Positions 33,052-44,613 of a stretch of 64,000 bases of DNA are shown one piece after another. The notes beneath the pieces were generated by a model that was not told the origin of the DNA, searched no databases, and worked only from the letters and a program-made list of their open reading frames with translations. Location of the stretch: assembly GCA_000004985.1 (NCBI GenBank), contig GG738912.1; one strand, 5' to 3'. Every line of letters begins with the position of its first letter. The first letter of the stretch is position 1. The DNA comes from Naegleria gruberi. Its lineage: Eukaryota. A program made the position numbers and the translations under genes.

Positions 33052-33420
33052 TCATGGCATGGCAACAATCTCTGCATGGCTTGGTAACTTCAACGTGCCA
33101 ACTAATCTTTCCTCTTCAGAACTCAACAAGACGTCAACATTTCTGCCAAACCATTCACAGGGTATTTCCACCTTAAAGTAAAACGAAGATGATTGTGGTG
33201 CGTAGCATTGTGAGAAGATGGTTTTGTTATTATCTCGGAGGGTCATGCGAATTTTGAAGAGATCTTGTTCTTGTTGAATGAGACATCGTAAATCGTACGG
33301 ATATCTATTCGAAATGTGAATATCTGCGAGTGGCTTATCATTGTGAAGGTCAATGTCTGTGAGTTTTAGTTGAACTTGTCTTGTGTTTTTGATGGTTGGT
33401 GGAGAGGTGAATGCTGTCAT
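33052..33420 (-). CDS. Hypothetical 122-aa protein
   Basis: Compact, non-repetitive ORF flanked by AT-rich DNA. No family recognised. Confidence 0.35.
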   Translation of the reverse strand: MTAFTSPPTIKNTRQVQLKLTDIDLHNDKPLADIHISNRYPYDLRCLIQQEQDLFKIRMTLRDNNKTIFSQCYAPQSSSFYFKVEIPCEWFGRNVDVLLSSEEERLVGTLKLPSHAEIVAMP

Positions 33421-33720
33421 GATATTGTTTGTTTTTTTTCACATAAAGTTTCCTCGCTCTCCTATTTTGCCGAACCTTTTCGTATGTTTTCTGATTATTT
33501 GGTTCGGTTGCCTTTTATGTGAAAAAATTCATATTGTAAAAAAATGTTATATACTAATAAAGTAAGCATGAAAATAATGATCAATAATTTTTTTACCAAC
33601 CATTGCCACAAATAGATAAAATGTGAATATACAATGAGCTCTTCACAAGCACAAATAGGCTAGAGCCTCAAAAGGCAAAGCAATTATAATCCATGCAAGT
33701 AGATGTCCATTAATGTTGAA

Positions 33721-35172
33721 TTATTCATCTATTACAATTGAAACATCAGAGAAATGTCCAATATTTGATTGTATATGATACTTCAATCTAGTCTTGGTCA
33801 GGTTGTCTGTGGCTTTGAGAATTTGCTTACTGAGGAATGATTTACCATGATACGGAGATCCACTTTCCAGTAAAGCTCTCAAAAATAGAACATTTTCCTC
33901 CATGTCAACTAGATTGACCACATAGTAAGGCACTACTTCATGGTATTTTCTACACAATATCCAAAACTTGCTGAAGAAGTGTTCAAAAACTCGAAGAGGA
34001 TCAGTACTGTTTCCAACAAAATCTGGGAATATGGATTGTACATCGATGGATCCTGAAGAGATTCGCTTGGAAAAGATATCTGCCTTTGTGAAAACCAGTA
34101 CTTTTTGAGTGCCAGGATCTGTGAGTGTTGTATAGAATTTCTCCAGGTAATCAGTCACAAATGTTGTCCTCTTGCTCTTCTTCTTATCAATATCAGATAA
34201 GGGTACAAGGAAGAGCACAACTGGAGCTGATTTAGTATGATAGGATTGAGCCAGATTGTACACTCTGGGCTCTGTTTTGATTCCCCAAGAGAATTTTCCA
34301 TACTTGACACCTTGTTCTCTATTCTCAGTAATGTGTTTGTCATTTTGTGGATTACTAATGTCAGGTGCAAAGAACCTATCCTCGAGATAGGTCTTGAGGA
34401 GATATTCCACAATCTTAATACTTCCATTCTTCATATCTTTTTCAGATCCTTGAATAGTAATAGGCCTTTTCATTATAAAACTCAAATTATCCAACAAGTC
34501 AGCAATATTCTCTCCTCTAATATTTGGATTTGATTGTGCATAGCCATACTTATCATTGGAAAATTGAAAGAATGGTGTAAAGTATCCACAATCCAACAAC
34601 CTCTGATACGTACTCTTAATAGCAGGAATCATCCAAACAGTACTCAAATTATCAATCATTCCATTCACTCGATGAGTATCCAATAAACTATCCCAAATAC
34701 TATTCTCTTCAATAATTTCCACCTGTCTACCAAATGTATTCTTAATATCAGCATATTCACTTCCGAGAGATGAAGATCCCAACATTTCTGATGCGTTACT
34801 TGCTGATGAATAGCCATGAACCGAATGATTATGTTGATTCAGCTTTAATTCATTCAAAATTAATTGCATTGTCTTTAAACAAGTTTGTAAGACTTTGAGC
34901 TGGAATTGATAGCCGTACGAGGTAGATTCATTCGATGGAATGGGGAAGCCTGTGATGAGTGAAGTAATTGGTCCAGATGAGCCGAGAGATGATGATGAAG
35001 AAGGCTTTGCTTTTCCAGTTAACAAATCCAAAAGATCAGCCTTTCGGATCAATCTCAACAAGGTTGATTTACCACTATATGGCGATCCAACAATCACTAC
35101 TCCATAATTAAATTTACAAAGGAGAGTTGCTGCTGGATGAAATGTTTCTATTAAATTGTAATTATTATCCAT
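33721..35172 (-). CDS. Divergent G-protein alpha-like P-loop protein (predicted GTPase-deficient)
   Basis: P-loop VVIVGSPYSGKSTLL aligns with the G-alpha G1 box. The helical insert region is present. LVFTKADIF matches the NKKD (G4) box. The C-terminal region is collinear with G-alpha. The switch I Arg and the DVGGQ (G3) box are not conserved (FSWGIKTEP). No N-terminal MGC lipidation motif. Confidence 0.55.
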   Translation of the reverse strand: MDNNYNLIETFHPAATLLCKFNYGVVIVGSPYSGKSTLLRLIRKADLLDLLTGKAKPSSSSSLGSSGPITSLITGFPIPSNESTSYGYQFQLKVLQTCLKTMQLILNELKLNQHNHSVHGYSSASNASEMLGSSSLGSEYADIKNTFGRQVEIIEENSIWDSLLDTHRVNGMIDNLSTVWMIPAIKSTYQRLLDCGYFTPFFQFSNDKYGYAQSNPNIRGENIADLLDNLSFIMKRPITIQGSEKDMKNGSIKIVEYLLKTYLEDRFFAPDISNPQNDKHITENREQGVKYGKFSWGIKTEPRVYNLAQSYHTKSAPVVLFLVPLSDIDKKKSKRTTFVTDYLEKFYTTLTDPGTQKVLVFTKADIFSKRISSGSIDVQSIFPDFVGNSTDPLRVFEHFFSKFWILCRKYHEVVPYYVVNLVDMEENVLFLRALLESGSPYHGKSFLSKQILKATDNLTKTRLKYHIQSNIGHFSDVSIVIDE

Positions 35173-35477
35173 ATTACTATTAATATTTTAAAAACTATTA
35201 GTATGATGATGATTAGGTTTTTAATCAACGTTGATGTTATTAGTTTGTAAATAAATTAATTAATTAATTAGTTGTTATTGTTGTTGTACAATTAGAAATT
35301 ATGATGGAATATTATTCTGTGGTTTTTTAAAGATAAAAAAGATTCCAAGTCAAACACGATAACAAACGAGCGGATGGTCTCTTTAAAACACACAAGGATT
35401 CTTATGAAGATGAGGAACAACAAGAGTTTCAAATTCAAAAATTAAACAAAATATTATCTTTAATAATAACTAGTATT

Positions 35478-37346
35478 ATGGTGGCCGAACAAGGTGGAAT
35501 TGTAGAAGTATCTAGTGATTGTGTTTGCATCAATGATGATGATCATCAATTTAATAATAATAATATTAGTAATTTAAATAATGTAGTAATAACAAATGAT
35601 GAACAACCAATCAAGACAAGATTCCAAGAATTACCCTTTGAAGTTTTGCTCCACATTATGGATTACTTCTTTCCTTTCTATTCTCACTTTGAAAAGGCTA
35701 CCCGAGAGAAGAGTAGTAATATTAATTTCACTGATCGTAGAAAATCCATCATGATACTGAGTGAAGTTTTGCATCGTGTATTCTCTGCTCCTTCTTTCAT
35801 GTTGGAAACACGAATTGTACAATGTGGTGGGGATGCCATGTTGCATTTCAACTCAAACCAGCAGGTATCATACAAGTATTTGAATACTAATCGCGACATT
35901 GATGTACGGGCATTGGCTTTACGACAATACATCATTGATGAGGTTATTTGTGAATTTTACAATTTAATTAGAGTTTCAAAGAGAACTTTCTATTCGTTTC
36001 TGATAGAGGATTGCTATGACTTGCTGGTTGTGAAATTGATTTGGGAAGGCCTACATCATTGTATCAGAAATCCTGACTTGGTACTTGACAATGCTATGGT
36101 AGATTTGGAAGAAATTCAGCCATTACCAGGCAGCCAGTATATTATTTCAGAGCCACTTTATTTATATGTTTTGAGATCGAGATTGGAGCCTATTTTGTTC
36201 GTTAGATTATTCCTTTCACAGCCAAGTTTTGGATTTTCCAATTATGTGACTTGGAAACTCGGCAAAAATGTAAATCTCACCAATGAAATCACAGAGTCTG
36301 ATTGGAGTTCATTCTTAGACTTTATTCGTGAGCAAGTTACTAGATATCCCCTACTGAAATCTGGTACAAAGTTCAGCTCCAGATTCCAGACTGAAGATTT
36401 TGTATTTATCAAGAAGTGTGGTTTTGATACAGATTCAATTGTAAAGCTGGTTTATATCGATTTGGATATTCCAATCGGAGCAGTGAGTACACTGAAATCT
36501 ATAGAATCTCCTATACTGTGGAAGGCCATTTTGGAAAGGAAGGGAAATAATTTCAGTGCACTTGAAATTTGCGAGGATGGTCCACTATTTTTAGCTGTTC
36601 TTAAGAATCTTAGATTAGATATTTTGGAATTAATAATGCAACTTCAACAAGAGAATTCATCAGACCTGGACTCGTTCTTCAATGGACTATTATCACCTTT
36701 ATACACACTCATTTCAGCATGTATGTATGATGATAATTTTGAAGAGAAGAGTGAACGAATAGGGCGTATACTAAAAACGATGAGAAGGAACTTTTTGCCT
36801 TTTCTTGATATATTTACAACTCCCTCATCCTGTCTTCACCTGCTTATTTCACGAACAGCTGAAATTTTCCAGTTCAAATTATCCTTTTATTATCCAACAC
36901 AGTACTGCAAGACAGTATTCCAAGTATTTTATCGAGTTTTTGTAGAGGAATTGGAGCAGTCACAGTATGAAATCCTTGCTGCAGGTTTGCCTAGCCTTGT
37001 ATTGCAAGCTGTTGGTGTTCCGTTTTTCTTTCCAATATTGTTTGATAAGAGTTTACCTCCATACATTCTAACTCTTCACAAGAGGATGCTTGCTAATCCA
37101 ACAGATGACATTTTTGGGATACTTTTGGAAAGTTATGGAGCTAAACCACAGCAAAGTATTTCTCCATTGAGAACTATTTTTGAATGTGTGAAAGAAAATC
37201 CATTTGCATTCAGAGACACTCTCATTCAAAATAATTTTGCAGAAAAGCTAAATGATTTTATCCAAAATATTCCCCAAGAAAATAATTCTATTGAAATAAG
37301 TGCTCTCAAAGAAATTCTCCAAGATTTAAATACTCTCTACAATTAG
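35478..37346 (+). CDS. F-box protein
   Basis: 622 aa. F-box motif LPFEVLLHIMDYFFPF after an N-rich N-terminus. The remainder is leucine-rich and helical. Confidence 0.65.
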   Translation: MVAEQGGIVEVSSDCVCINDDDHQFNNNNISNLNNVVITNDEQPIKTRFQELPFEVLLHIMDYFFPFYSHFEKATREKSSNINFTDRRKSIMILSEVLHRVFSAPSFMLETRIVQCGGDAMLHFNSNQQVSYKYLNTNRDIDVRALALRQYIIDEVICEFYNLIRVSKRTFYSFLIEDCYDLLVVKLIWEGLHHCIRNPDLVLDNAMVDLEEIQPLPGSQYIISEPLYLYVLRSRLEPILFVRLFLSQPSFGFSNYVTWKLGKNVNLTNEITESDWSSFLDFIREQVTRYPLLKSGTKFSSRFQTEDFVFIKKCGFDTDSIVKLVYIDLDIPIGAVSTLKSIESPILWKAILERKGNNFSALEICEDGPLFLAVLKNLRLDILELIMQLQQENSSDLDSFFNGLLSPLYTLISACMYDDNFEEKSERIGRILKTMRRNFLPFLDIFTTPSSCLHLLISRTAEIFQFKLSFYYPTQYCKTVFQVFYRVFVEELEQSQYEILAAGLPSLVLQAVGVPFFFPILFDKSLPPYILTLHKRMLANPTDDIFGILLESYGAKPQQSISPLRTIFECVKENPFAFRDTLIQNNFAEKLNDFIQNIPQENNSIEISALKEILQDLNTLYN

Positions 37347-37373
37347 ATGATTCAAAGATTTTATAATACTGTA

Positions 37374-37964
37374 TCATTCATCACTGATGGTGGTTTCTAA
37401 ATCAGTTTGGTCTGTAGGAGATCTTCTGAAAAAGACAACTCGCCAAAACTGTTTCGAACCAAACCAAGTTTCCAACCATCCAATGTCTTCCGGAGGAGAA
37501 TTAATGAACCACTCAAACCACACATGACACAGAGCTAATCTTACAATCAAATAACTGAACACTCCAAAAGGGCAAGCCATAAGTGTCAACATTATAATAC
37601 CACAGGTGATGATGTGTGGAATTTTCCTACTGATGGCATCATTGTAAATGAAAATTGCACACAATGGATCAGTAAATAAATAATGTATCCATCCTACTAG
37701 TGCAAATGGCTTTTGAGCAAATCCATCATTTACCAATGATTCAAAGGAGAGGAAGTTTATCATTTTCGGAGTTGTGGCCATAACCATCACTAGTAAAATG
37801 GCATAAATAATGGATACGATGCACATCATGATTTTTGAATTGATGATAAATTTAGTAATCTTGGTATTGGGAAGAATTATCATCGGCGCCAAAACAAAAC
37901 CAGGTGTCAGGTTAATAATCCAATACATCCAACTCAGTGCTTCATTACTAGCTGGGAATGACAT
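37374..37964 (-). CDS. Hypothetical multi-pass membrane protein (196 aa, 5-6 predicted TM helices)
   Basis: Hydrophobic periodicity only. No family recognised. Confidence 0.4.
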   Translation of the reverse strand: MSFPASNEALSWMYWIINLTPGFVLAPMIILPNTKITKFIINSKIMMCIVSIIYAILLVMVMATTPKMINFLSFESLVNDGFAQKPFALVGWIHYLFTDPLCAIFIYNDAISRKIPHIITCGIIMLTLMACPFGVFSYLIVRLALCHVWFEWFINSPPEDIGWLETWFGSKQFWRVVFFRRSPTDQTDLETTISDE

Positions 37965-38028
37965 TTTTTATTGAGATTCTTATTGGTTACATCAATTACA
38001 GAACTTGAAACGCACTATTGAATTGAAT

Positions 38029-39779
38029 TTATTGCGTTGGATCAAAGAATAAAACCAAATCCACTCGATTCTTGGGATTAGGGGAGGTGGTAAAAAGAGT
38101 ATCCTCAGAATCGTCAAATTTTCGAATCCATAATGCAAATTTTCGTAACGTTTCGCTGTCTACTTCTTGTATGTATATTTGCAATCGATCTTTGAACAGA
38201 CCTTTCTTTGTGCTCGTTAACTTTCGTTCTCTCTCACTTGGTAATAAGGTAAAATCGAATAGCTCATTATTAAATGTTATTGTTCTCGAATGGTTATCTT
38301 GGTTCTCTATGAATGACAGGTAAAATACGTTGGTATCCTTATATCTGGGACGCGAGGGATTATGTGGAAAGTGGATATCCACAAAACGTTGTTTAGCTAT
38401 TGGTGCAATATCCTTATGATGTACCAAGTTTTTCAATACTGTTTTTGTCAATTCCTTTCCATAATTCGTTCCACTATTTGGTTCATTCATCATGAAACAA
38501 GTTACAATAGCTCCGTGATATTGTTCATTTCTTTTAAACAATGCAGAGAGAATGTAAAATCTTGTTAAAATGTGAGAATTCTTCACAATGCTCAGAATAC
38601 AGTCATCGTCTCCAAAGTGTTTGGCCAATTCTATCAGCTTAAGCTTTGCTTCACAATCGGGTAGTGAACCATCAAGCAAATATTTTACATAGCTATTGAA
38701 TGTAGGCATTATAATAGGAGTTCTATCTTTGAAAGAGGAATTTCCAATATCAATAAAAACATTTGAATTTTTTTTGAGAATTGGGTGGTAATCTGTCAGT
38801 ATCTTTGAAAAGAACTTGGACCTTTTCAAATGCTTTACACATAAATTGTGATATTGATTTTCATAGCCAATCAAAAATTCTTTCTCTGGATCTAGAGTTT
38901 CATTCAGCTCTGAAATGATTTTGCCTTCAGGGAATTGTGCATGAGCAAAGTTCAACTCTGGTTCATCAAAAAAGAACTCTAAATCCACCGATCGATTTCT
39001 TGACTTGGAGAGCCAATAATTCGATGCTCCCAAATTCTGTTCCACTCCAACTCCTGTTAGATATTTAATTCCTACTTGTATCTGAGCTGCAACATCATCT
39101 CTCTTTGCTGCTTTCAAATACAACTCAAATGCTTTTTTGTAATCTTGTTTTACATGAATTCCAAATTCGTAAAATATTCCTAGGTTGTATATTGCATCCG
39201 AATCACCAATTCCAGCATACTCAGAATACCATTCAAACTCTTCACTAAAATCACGTTCCATTCCTTGAGAAAACATGAATAATCCAGAGGATTTAAAACG
39301 TCCAATTGCACTATTTGATTTTTCAAACCATTGCATAGCCATCATTACATTTTCCTTAACAACTTTTCCCTTCTCAAAGAAGGTTCCAATCTTGTATTTG
39401 GAAATTTCATCACCTTGTTCCGAGGCTTTCATATACCATTCCAATGCTTTTTCATAACTTTTCTGCACTCCCTTTCCTTCATCATACAACCATCCAATAT
39501 TAAACTGAGCATGAGCATCACCCTGTTCAGCAGCCTTCCAATACCACTCAAATGCTTTAACATAATCCTTTTCACTCCTCTTCCCTCCTCAAACAACAAT
39601 CCAACATTGTATTGAGCATCGGAATGTCCCTGCAAGGCTGCTTTCATATACCAATGCATTGCTAAGGCACAATCCTGCTTTACTCCATCAGAACCCTCAT
39701 CAAAACAAAGCCCCAAATTATATTGAGCATCAGCATCACCTTCCTCAGCTTGTTTAAGGTAAAGATCGAGCGCGGACAT
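38029..39779 (-). CDS. Sel1-repeat protein with a C-terminal BTB/POZ-like domain (paralogue A); apparent -1 frameshift at ~39569-39572
   Basis: MSALDLYLKQAEEGDADAQYNLGLCFDEG... shows Sel1 repeats (A.YNLG..Y..G.GV..D...A..WY.KAA.QG). At GGAGTGAAAAGGATTATG the frame changes. Inserting one A (GGAGTGAAAAAGGATTATG) restores ..GVKKDYVKAFEWYWKAAEQGDAHAQFNIG... C-terminal BTB-like KHLKRSKFFSKIL...KLKLIELAKHFGDDDCILSI. Confidence 0.6.
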
Positions 39780-39946
39780 TTTTTTTAAAACAAATCAATT
39801 AATATCGCGTGATTGTTTTTGTGATTAAGGTGCGGCTTAATTGGCGCCAAAAATCTTATCAAATGATATTAAGGTGAAACACCTTTTGAGAATGTTGTGA
39901 TACTGGTACTATAGTATTCTGTAGAAGATTGATGAATCTAATTGAA

Positions 39947-40981
39947 TTAGTAGAATGGCTCTTCATCAAAGTTAAAATCATGATCATGAGTTGTTTCTGG
40001 GTTTTTGATTTGGGTGGTGGCAGAATTTTTCATTTCCTCGATTTGCAATCTTAAATTTTCTATTTGGGTCTTTTCTTCTTGGCGTTCTTGTTGAATTTTT
40101 TCAAGTTCTTGTTTCAGAGTTTGCATTTCTTGTTTCAATTGGGTAACAATTTCTGTTAAGTTTTCTGTTAATGGTGGTGGTGGAGAGAGTGGTGAAGAGA
40201 AAAGTTGCCTGGGTGTAGTTGCTAGTTCTTCGCTTGATTCAATTATTGATTGGTGAATTGGAATAATAGGTTGCAACATTAGCATGTTTTCCATTGTTGG
40301 AATTAACTGGAGGGGTTCATGCTCTTGTATTTCTCTACTCCTTTTTGGTGCAGAGTCATTATCGGCCTCACTTTCATTGGATCTTTTACCTGTTTGATCT
40401 TTCACTTCGAATGCACTCTCTGAAATAAACCAATCCAACCTTTCTGGATTTTCTACATCCTTTTTATGAGCGAAACACAATAAAATTCGAAACTTTCCAC
40501 TTCTATCATCCTTTTTGAAAAATCTACACTTTTCAGTTACGAAAATGTCGCTCAATATTGATTTCTTCTTATTTCCATTTATCGTCTTATTCTTTTCCAC
40601 TAATTTACTCATTGTTGTAATCTTTTTCCGAATATCAAAGAATGCAAATGCATAAATTGCTTTATATTTGGCAAAATTTGTTATAGAAATTTCAAAGGCT
40701 TTTCTTGTAAATGTAACATCACTCAATTTTAAATTAATAATTCCAGCATTTTCGTTCGGATCAAGAAAATTTCTATTCTCCTTCTGAAAGTATTCATCAA
40801 TTTTATGTTTAATTTCCAAGCCTTCCGAATCAACATCCGATTTATTATCCTTTGCTTGCTTAATTTTGAGAATTAATTCCTCGAGAATTTCACTTGTTAT
40901 TGAAGATAGTCCCGATGATGGTGATGAAGGTGTTTGTGGTGGTAAGAGACGAAAAGTTTCCCAGTTTTCCGTATCAGACAT
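39947..40981 (-). CDS. Hypothetical protein with a PH-like core and C-terminal coiled coil
   Basis: 344 aa. C-terminal heptad-rich LTENLTEIVTQLKQEMQTLKQELEKIQQERQEEKTQIENLRLQIEEMK. Confidence 0.45.
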   Translation of the reverse strand: MSDTENWETFRLLPPQTPSSPSSGLSSITSEILEELILKIKQAKDNKSDVDSEGLEIKHKIDEYFQKENRNFLDPNENAGIINLKLSDVTFTRKAFEISITNFAKYKAIYAFAFFDIRKKITTMSKLVEKNKTINGNKKKSILSDIFVTEKCRFFKKDDRSGKFRILLCFAHKKDVENPERLDWFISESAFEVKDQTGKRSNESEADNDSAPKRSREIQEHEPLQLIPTMENMLMLQPIIPIHQSIIESSEELATTPRQLFSSPLSPPPPLTENLTEIVTQLKQEMQTLKQELEKIQQERQEEKTQIENLRLQIEEMKNSATTQIKNPETTHDHDFNFDEEPFY

Positions 40982-41163
40982 TTTTTTATAATTTGTTTTT
41001 AATTTTTATTTAATTCCTATTTTAGGTGGAAGAACTATTCCTTTTGCAAATATTGATTGCAAATATTAATGCTTTTCACATGTTTTACAAAACGAAAAAT
41101 TACTTTGAAAGTGCATATAATATAGAAATATTAACTAATATTTACTAAAAAAAGAAAATAAAT

Positions 41164-42186
41164 CTATTTTCTGAGAGGAGAAACTTGAATTTGAGCAGAC
41201 ATCATAACATCCATAGTACCTCCATATTCCAAAGTGACTACGAATGGACCATCTTCAATTTGATTAGCCACGAGGGAGGTTTGAGTTTTCAATTCCTTTT
41301 TGGTGGTGGAATGAACAGCCATGTTGGAGTTGAATGGATTTGGATACAATATTGTTGGAAAGGTGGAATGGTAGAGAGTGTATGGTTTGATCATGTCATA
41401 ATTATTGTTATTCAAAATTGTTGTAAAGTTAATTCTTGAATTTCCTGGAACATTTTCAAAAGTGAATTGAACAGAATTCAAACCAGATGCTCTTTGATCA
41501 TTAATATAGACATGTTCATAAAAATTGGTGGATTTGACATTAACAAACTTGGAAACTCCTGAATAAACAGCAACTGAAACTGTAACAGGATGAGACGAAA
41601 GTGTAATAACACTCAAATAAACAATATAAACCACAGGAGATTGAACATAATTTGGAGCATAGAGAGTTGCATTAATACCTCTTCCACCAAACAATGAATT
41701 TTCCTTAGTTGGTTTTCCATAAGCAATAGATCCATAAACTAAAACTGAACTATTCTCAAATCCCTTAATATTATTCAGGAAAGTAACTTCTGAACCCAAA
41801 AGTGGATCATAATTGAGAGTATCAATATCACTTTGAATACTAATGTAATAATAAGTAGGTTGCTTATTATCAACAAGAAGGACTTGTCCATGTTTGATTT
41901 CCTTGGCATCTGACGGCAAATCAGTAGCAAAACAAACAGTTCTCTCCTCATTACTGGCAGCTGGACATTTCATGCATGAAGTCGAGGCCTTTCTGGTGGA
42001 AATAGTTCCTGGTGGACACTTGTTGGCAGAATCATTTCCTGGACAGTAATAACCATAGTCACATGGGAGGCAACGATCGAGATCGTTTGGAGTTGGTGCA
42101 TAGTAATAACCAGGATCACAAGCGAATGCAAGGGTTGTGAAGAGCAAGATGGCAGAAATGAGTGTTACTGACAAGTGTTTAGACAT
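41164..42186 (-). CDS. Secreted protein with an N-terminal TNFR/GCC2-GCC3-like Cys-rich module
   Basis: Start at Met 42186 (MSKHLSVTLISAILLFTTLAFA signal peptide). CDPGYYYAPTPNDLDRCLPCDYGYYCPGNDSANKCPPGTIS, then a beta-rich domain. Confidence 0.5.
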   Translation of the reverse strand: MSKHLSVTLISAILLFTTLAFACDPGYYYAPTPNDLDRCLPCDYGYYCPGNDSANKCPPGTISTRKASTSCMKCPAASNEERTVCFATDLPSDAKEIKHGQVLLVDNKQPTYYYISIQSDIDTLNYDPLLGSEVTFLNNIKGFENSSVLVYGSIAYGKPTKENSLFGGRGINATLYAPNYVQSPVVYIVYLSVITLSSHPVTVSVAVYSGVSKFVNVKSTNFYEHVYINDQRASGLNSVQFTFENVPGNSRINFTTILNNNNYDMIKPYTLYHSTFPTILYPNPFNSNMAVHSTTKKELKTQTSLVANQIEDGPFVVTLEYGGTMDVMMSAQIQVSPLRK

Positions 42187-42612
42187 TTTGTTTTTTTTGT
42201 TTCGAATAGGTTTGCAAGAAAGTTGTGTAATGCATTTTATTGCTATTTGAAAGGTCACAACGCCGTTGATTTTACATCCATTAAAGGAAGAGTGGAAGGA
42301 TACTTTGTTCTTGGAAGTAAATATTTTATAAACTCCGAAAACTCCTTTTCACAAAGATTGGTTTTATTAATCTCCTATTGAATTGTAAACTATCTTTCAT
42401 TTATTACAACTCCAAAGCAGAATATTTAGATACCTCACAGGTGTTGATTCTCTTTGATTTTACAAGAAACTGGAAGAAACTGGAAAAATCATATCTTCTC
42501 AATGACCGAAAAGCAAACTCACAACTATCTCTAAAATTCTCAATAGAAACTAAGAAATAAACCTCCAGTAGAGCGAACGGTTCGTAGAACTTCCAACTTT
42601 ATTTAATTTTAG

Positions 42613-44228
42613 GGGAGGAATTTCATAACAGAGGAGAACACGCAAAAGGCTTTGATTGTTTTTGTAAAGGTTATGAAATACACAAATCCAGCGAGTTGGA
42701 GCATGCAATTGGTTGTTGTTATACATTCGGATTGGGAGTTGAAAAGGATTATTCTAAAGCAAGGGAATGGTATTTGAAAGCTGCTGAAAAGGGATTTGCA
42801 AATTCACAAAATAATCTTGGTATGATATATGAAAATGGATTAACTGTTGAAAAGGACTTGGCTGAAGCACTGGAATGGTATTTGAAAGCTGGTGAAAATG
42901 GTGATCTAACTGCTCAAGTAAATCTTGCTCGGCTCTACCGTGACGGTGAGGGAGTTGAACAAGATTATTTGAAATCATTCGAATGGAATATGAAAGCTGC
43001 TGAAGCTGGGGATGCAGAAGCTCAAGTTCACATTGGCTATGCATATGATAAGGGTCTAGGAGTTGAACAAGATTTTTCGAAATCATTCGAATGGAATTTG
43101 AAAGGAGCAGAAAATGGGAGCCTAGATGGTCAATTTAATGTTGGACTTTTATTGGAACTGGGGGATGGAGTTGAAAAAAACATCAAGAAATCTGTGTTTT
43201 GGAAATCAAAGTGTTTTAATAGGTCAAAATGTTTTGACTTTGTAGAAGAACCTTACGAGCAGTTTGCTATGCAATATTTTACATCAAATACTGAGGATTG
43301 GAATCAATCCTCACCAAATAGTGACAAAGAACACGTAGTCGTACGATTTGAAGAGAAGGATTTCACACTTTCACAAAAGCATTTAAAGCATTCAAAATAT
43401 TTATCAACCATGATGAATTCAAATTGGAAAGATTTCAATGTCAAAGAGAAAAACCGAACCATACTTGATTTGAGAACCATTCAAAATGATATATTTCAAG
43501 AACAAACAGATATCATTCAAATATTTAATAATTATGTGAACTACTTAACAAATGAAATATTACCACCAGATTTTGACATGAAATTGAAATTAATTGAACT
43601 GTCAAGATATTTACAAGATGACGGATGTATATTGAATATTGTCAAAGAAGCAAGTATTCTGCAGAGATTTTACATTCTTTTGATATTAGAAATTATTGTT
43701 GAACCTATTCACATTGCAATTACTAGTTGTTTTGCAGCAGAAACTAAATTTAAAATCAATGATCTCTCAGAAAATGTTATTGAAAAATTACTCACTCAGT
43801 CTGGCCTATCTCAACATGGAAAGGACGAGATTTATAATGTATTTAAAGAAAAATTCAATGGATATCCTATAGCAATCAGTAAGTTGATCTATATTCAATT
43901 CTAATTTTTCCAACTTAATTTAGATATGAATATTCTTCATGTAACATTTTCAACGCTTAAAGAGAAGAAACTAATTCATTTCAATCAAGAACAAGTCGAA
44001 TTTTCTTTGGAATTGGGTAAAGATATCGATAACACTATTTTCAATATCAACAGCTCGCATGATGTTCAATTCTTTGGAAAGAATGCCAAGTTATATATCC
44101 AGATATCGAGTAGTGTTGATGGAGTATATGGATTTTGGTTGGATAACAGTTCTGAAAAAGGAAAAACTATTTTCATTTTACCTGAGATTAACTTTGAGGC
44201 ACTTAACTTGATTATAATGACTACATAA
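42613..44228 (+). CDS. Sel1-repeat protein with BTB/POZ-like domain (paralogue B); 5' exon not located; 45-nt intron 43879..43923
   Basis: The frame is open from the acceptor tttaattttag|GG at 42612 without an ATG (the ORF track's Met is a TTG). Sel1 repeats ...AIGCCYTFGLGVEKDYSKAREWYLKAAEKG... BTB-like FTLSQKHLKHSKYLSTMM...KLKLIELSRYLQDDGCILNI. Splice ...GYPIAI N|gtaagt...tttag|AT ATG joins in frame to the 43926..44228 ORF. Confidence 0.6.
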
Positions 44229-44286
44229 TAAGGCCAGTTATTAAGGTGTGTTTGGGGTTTATTTTCATTATGTTTTTGTAATTATT

Positions 44287-44613
44287 TCACACTTGTTGAG
44301 ATTTAGTGATTCGCAACCATCGAATGAGTTCTAAATTCTCAAGTACAGGGCTTTGACTGCTCCAATATCCACCATTTACTATTTCTTCTGTACAGGGCAT
44401 CCAAAATATCTCATCAGGAGACCAAAACCATCCATTGGTATCCATTTTTTTGAAATATATTGGGCTTACAAAGATGCTATCAACTTTGTGAATGAAAACT
44501 CCATCTGGTCTGTGAGGACGATTGGAAAAGACATCTACAATGAATTGAAATTGAGTGGCAGACCATCTCTTAGAGAATAATGCAGTCAATATCAAATATC
44601 CAACAAGCTCCAT
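44287..44613 (-). CDS. Hypothetical small secreted protein (108 aa)
   Basis: N-terminal hydrophobic signal-like MELVGYLILTALFS and W-rich mature part. Weak call. Confidence 0.3.
   Translation of the reverse strand: MELVGYLILTALFSKRWSATQFQFIVDVFSNRPHRPDGVFIHKVDSIFVSPIYFKKMDTNGWFWSPDEIFWMPCTEEIVNGGYWSSQSPVLENLELIRWLRITKSQQV

Noticed and set aside
43926-44228. 100-aa ORF MNILHVTF... as an independent small gene
   Set aside because: It is joined in frame to the upstream Sel1-BTB gene by a 45-nt GTAAGT...TTTAG intron (43879..43923). It is the terminal exon.
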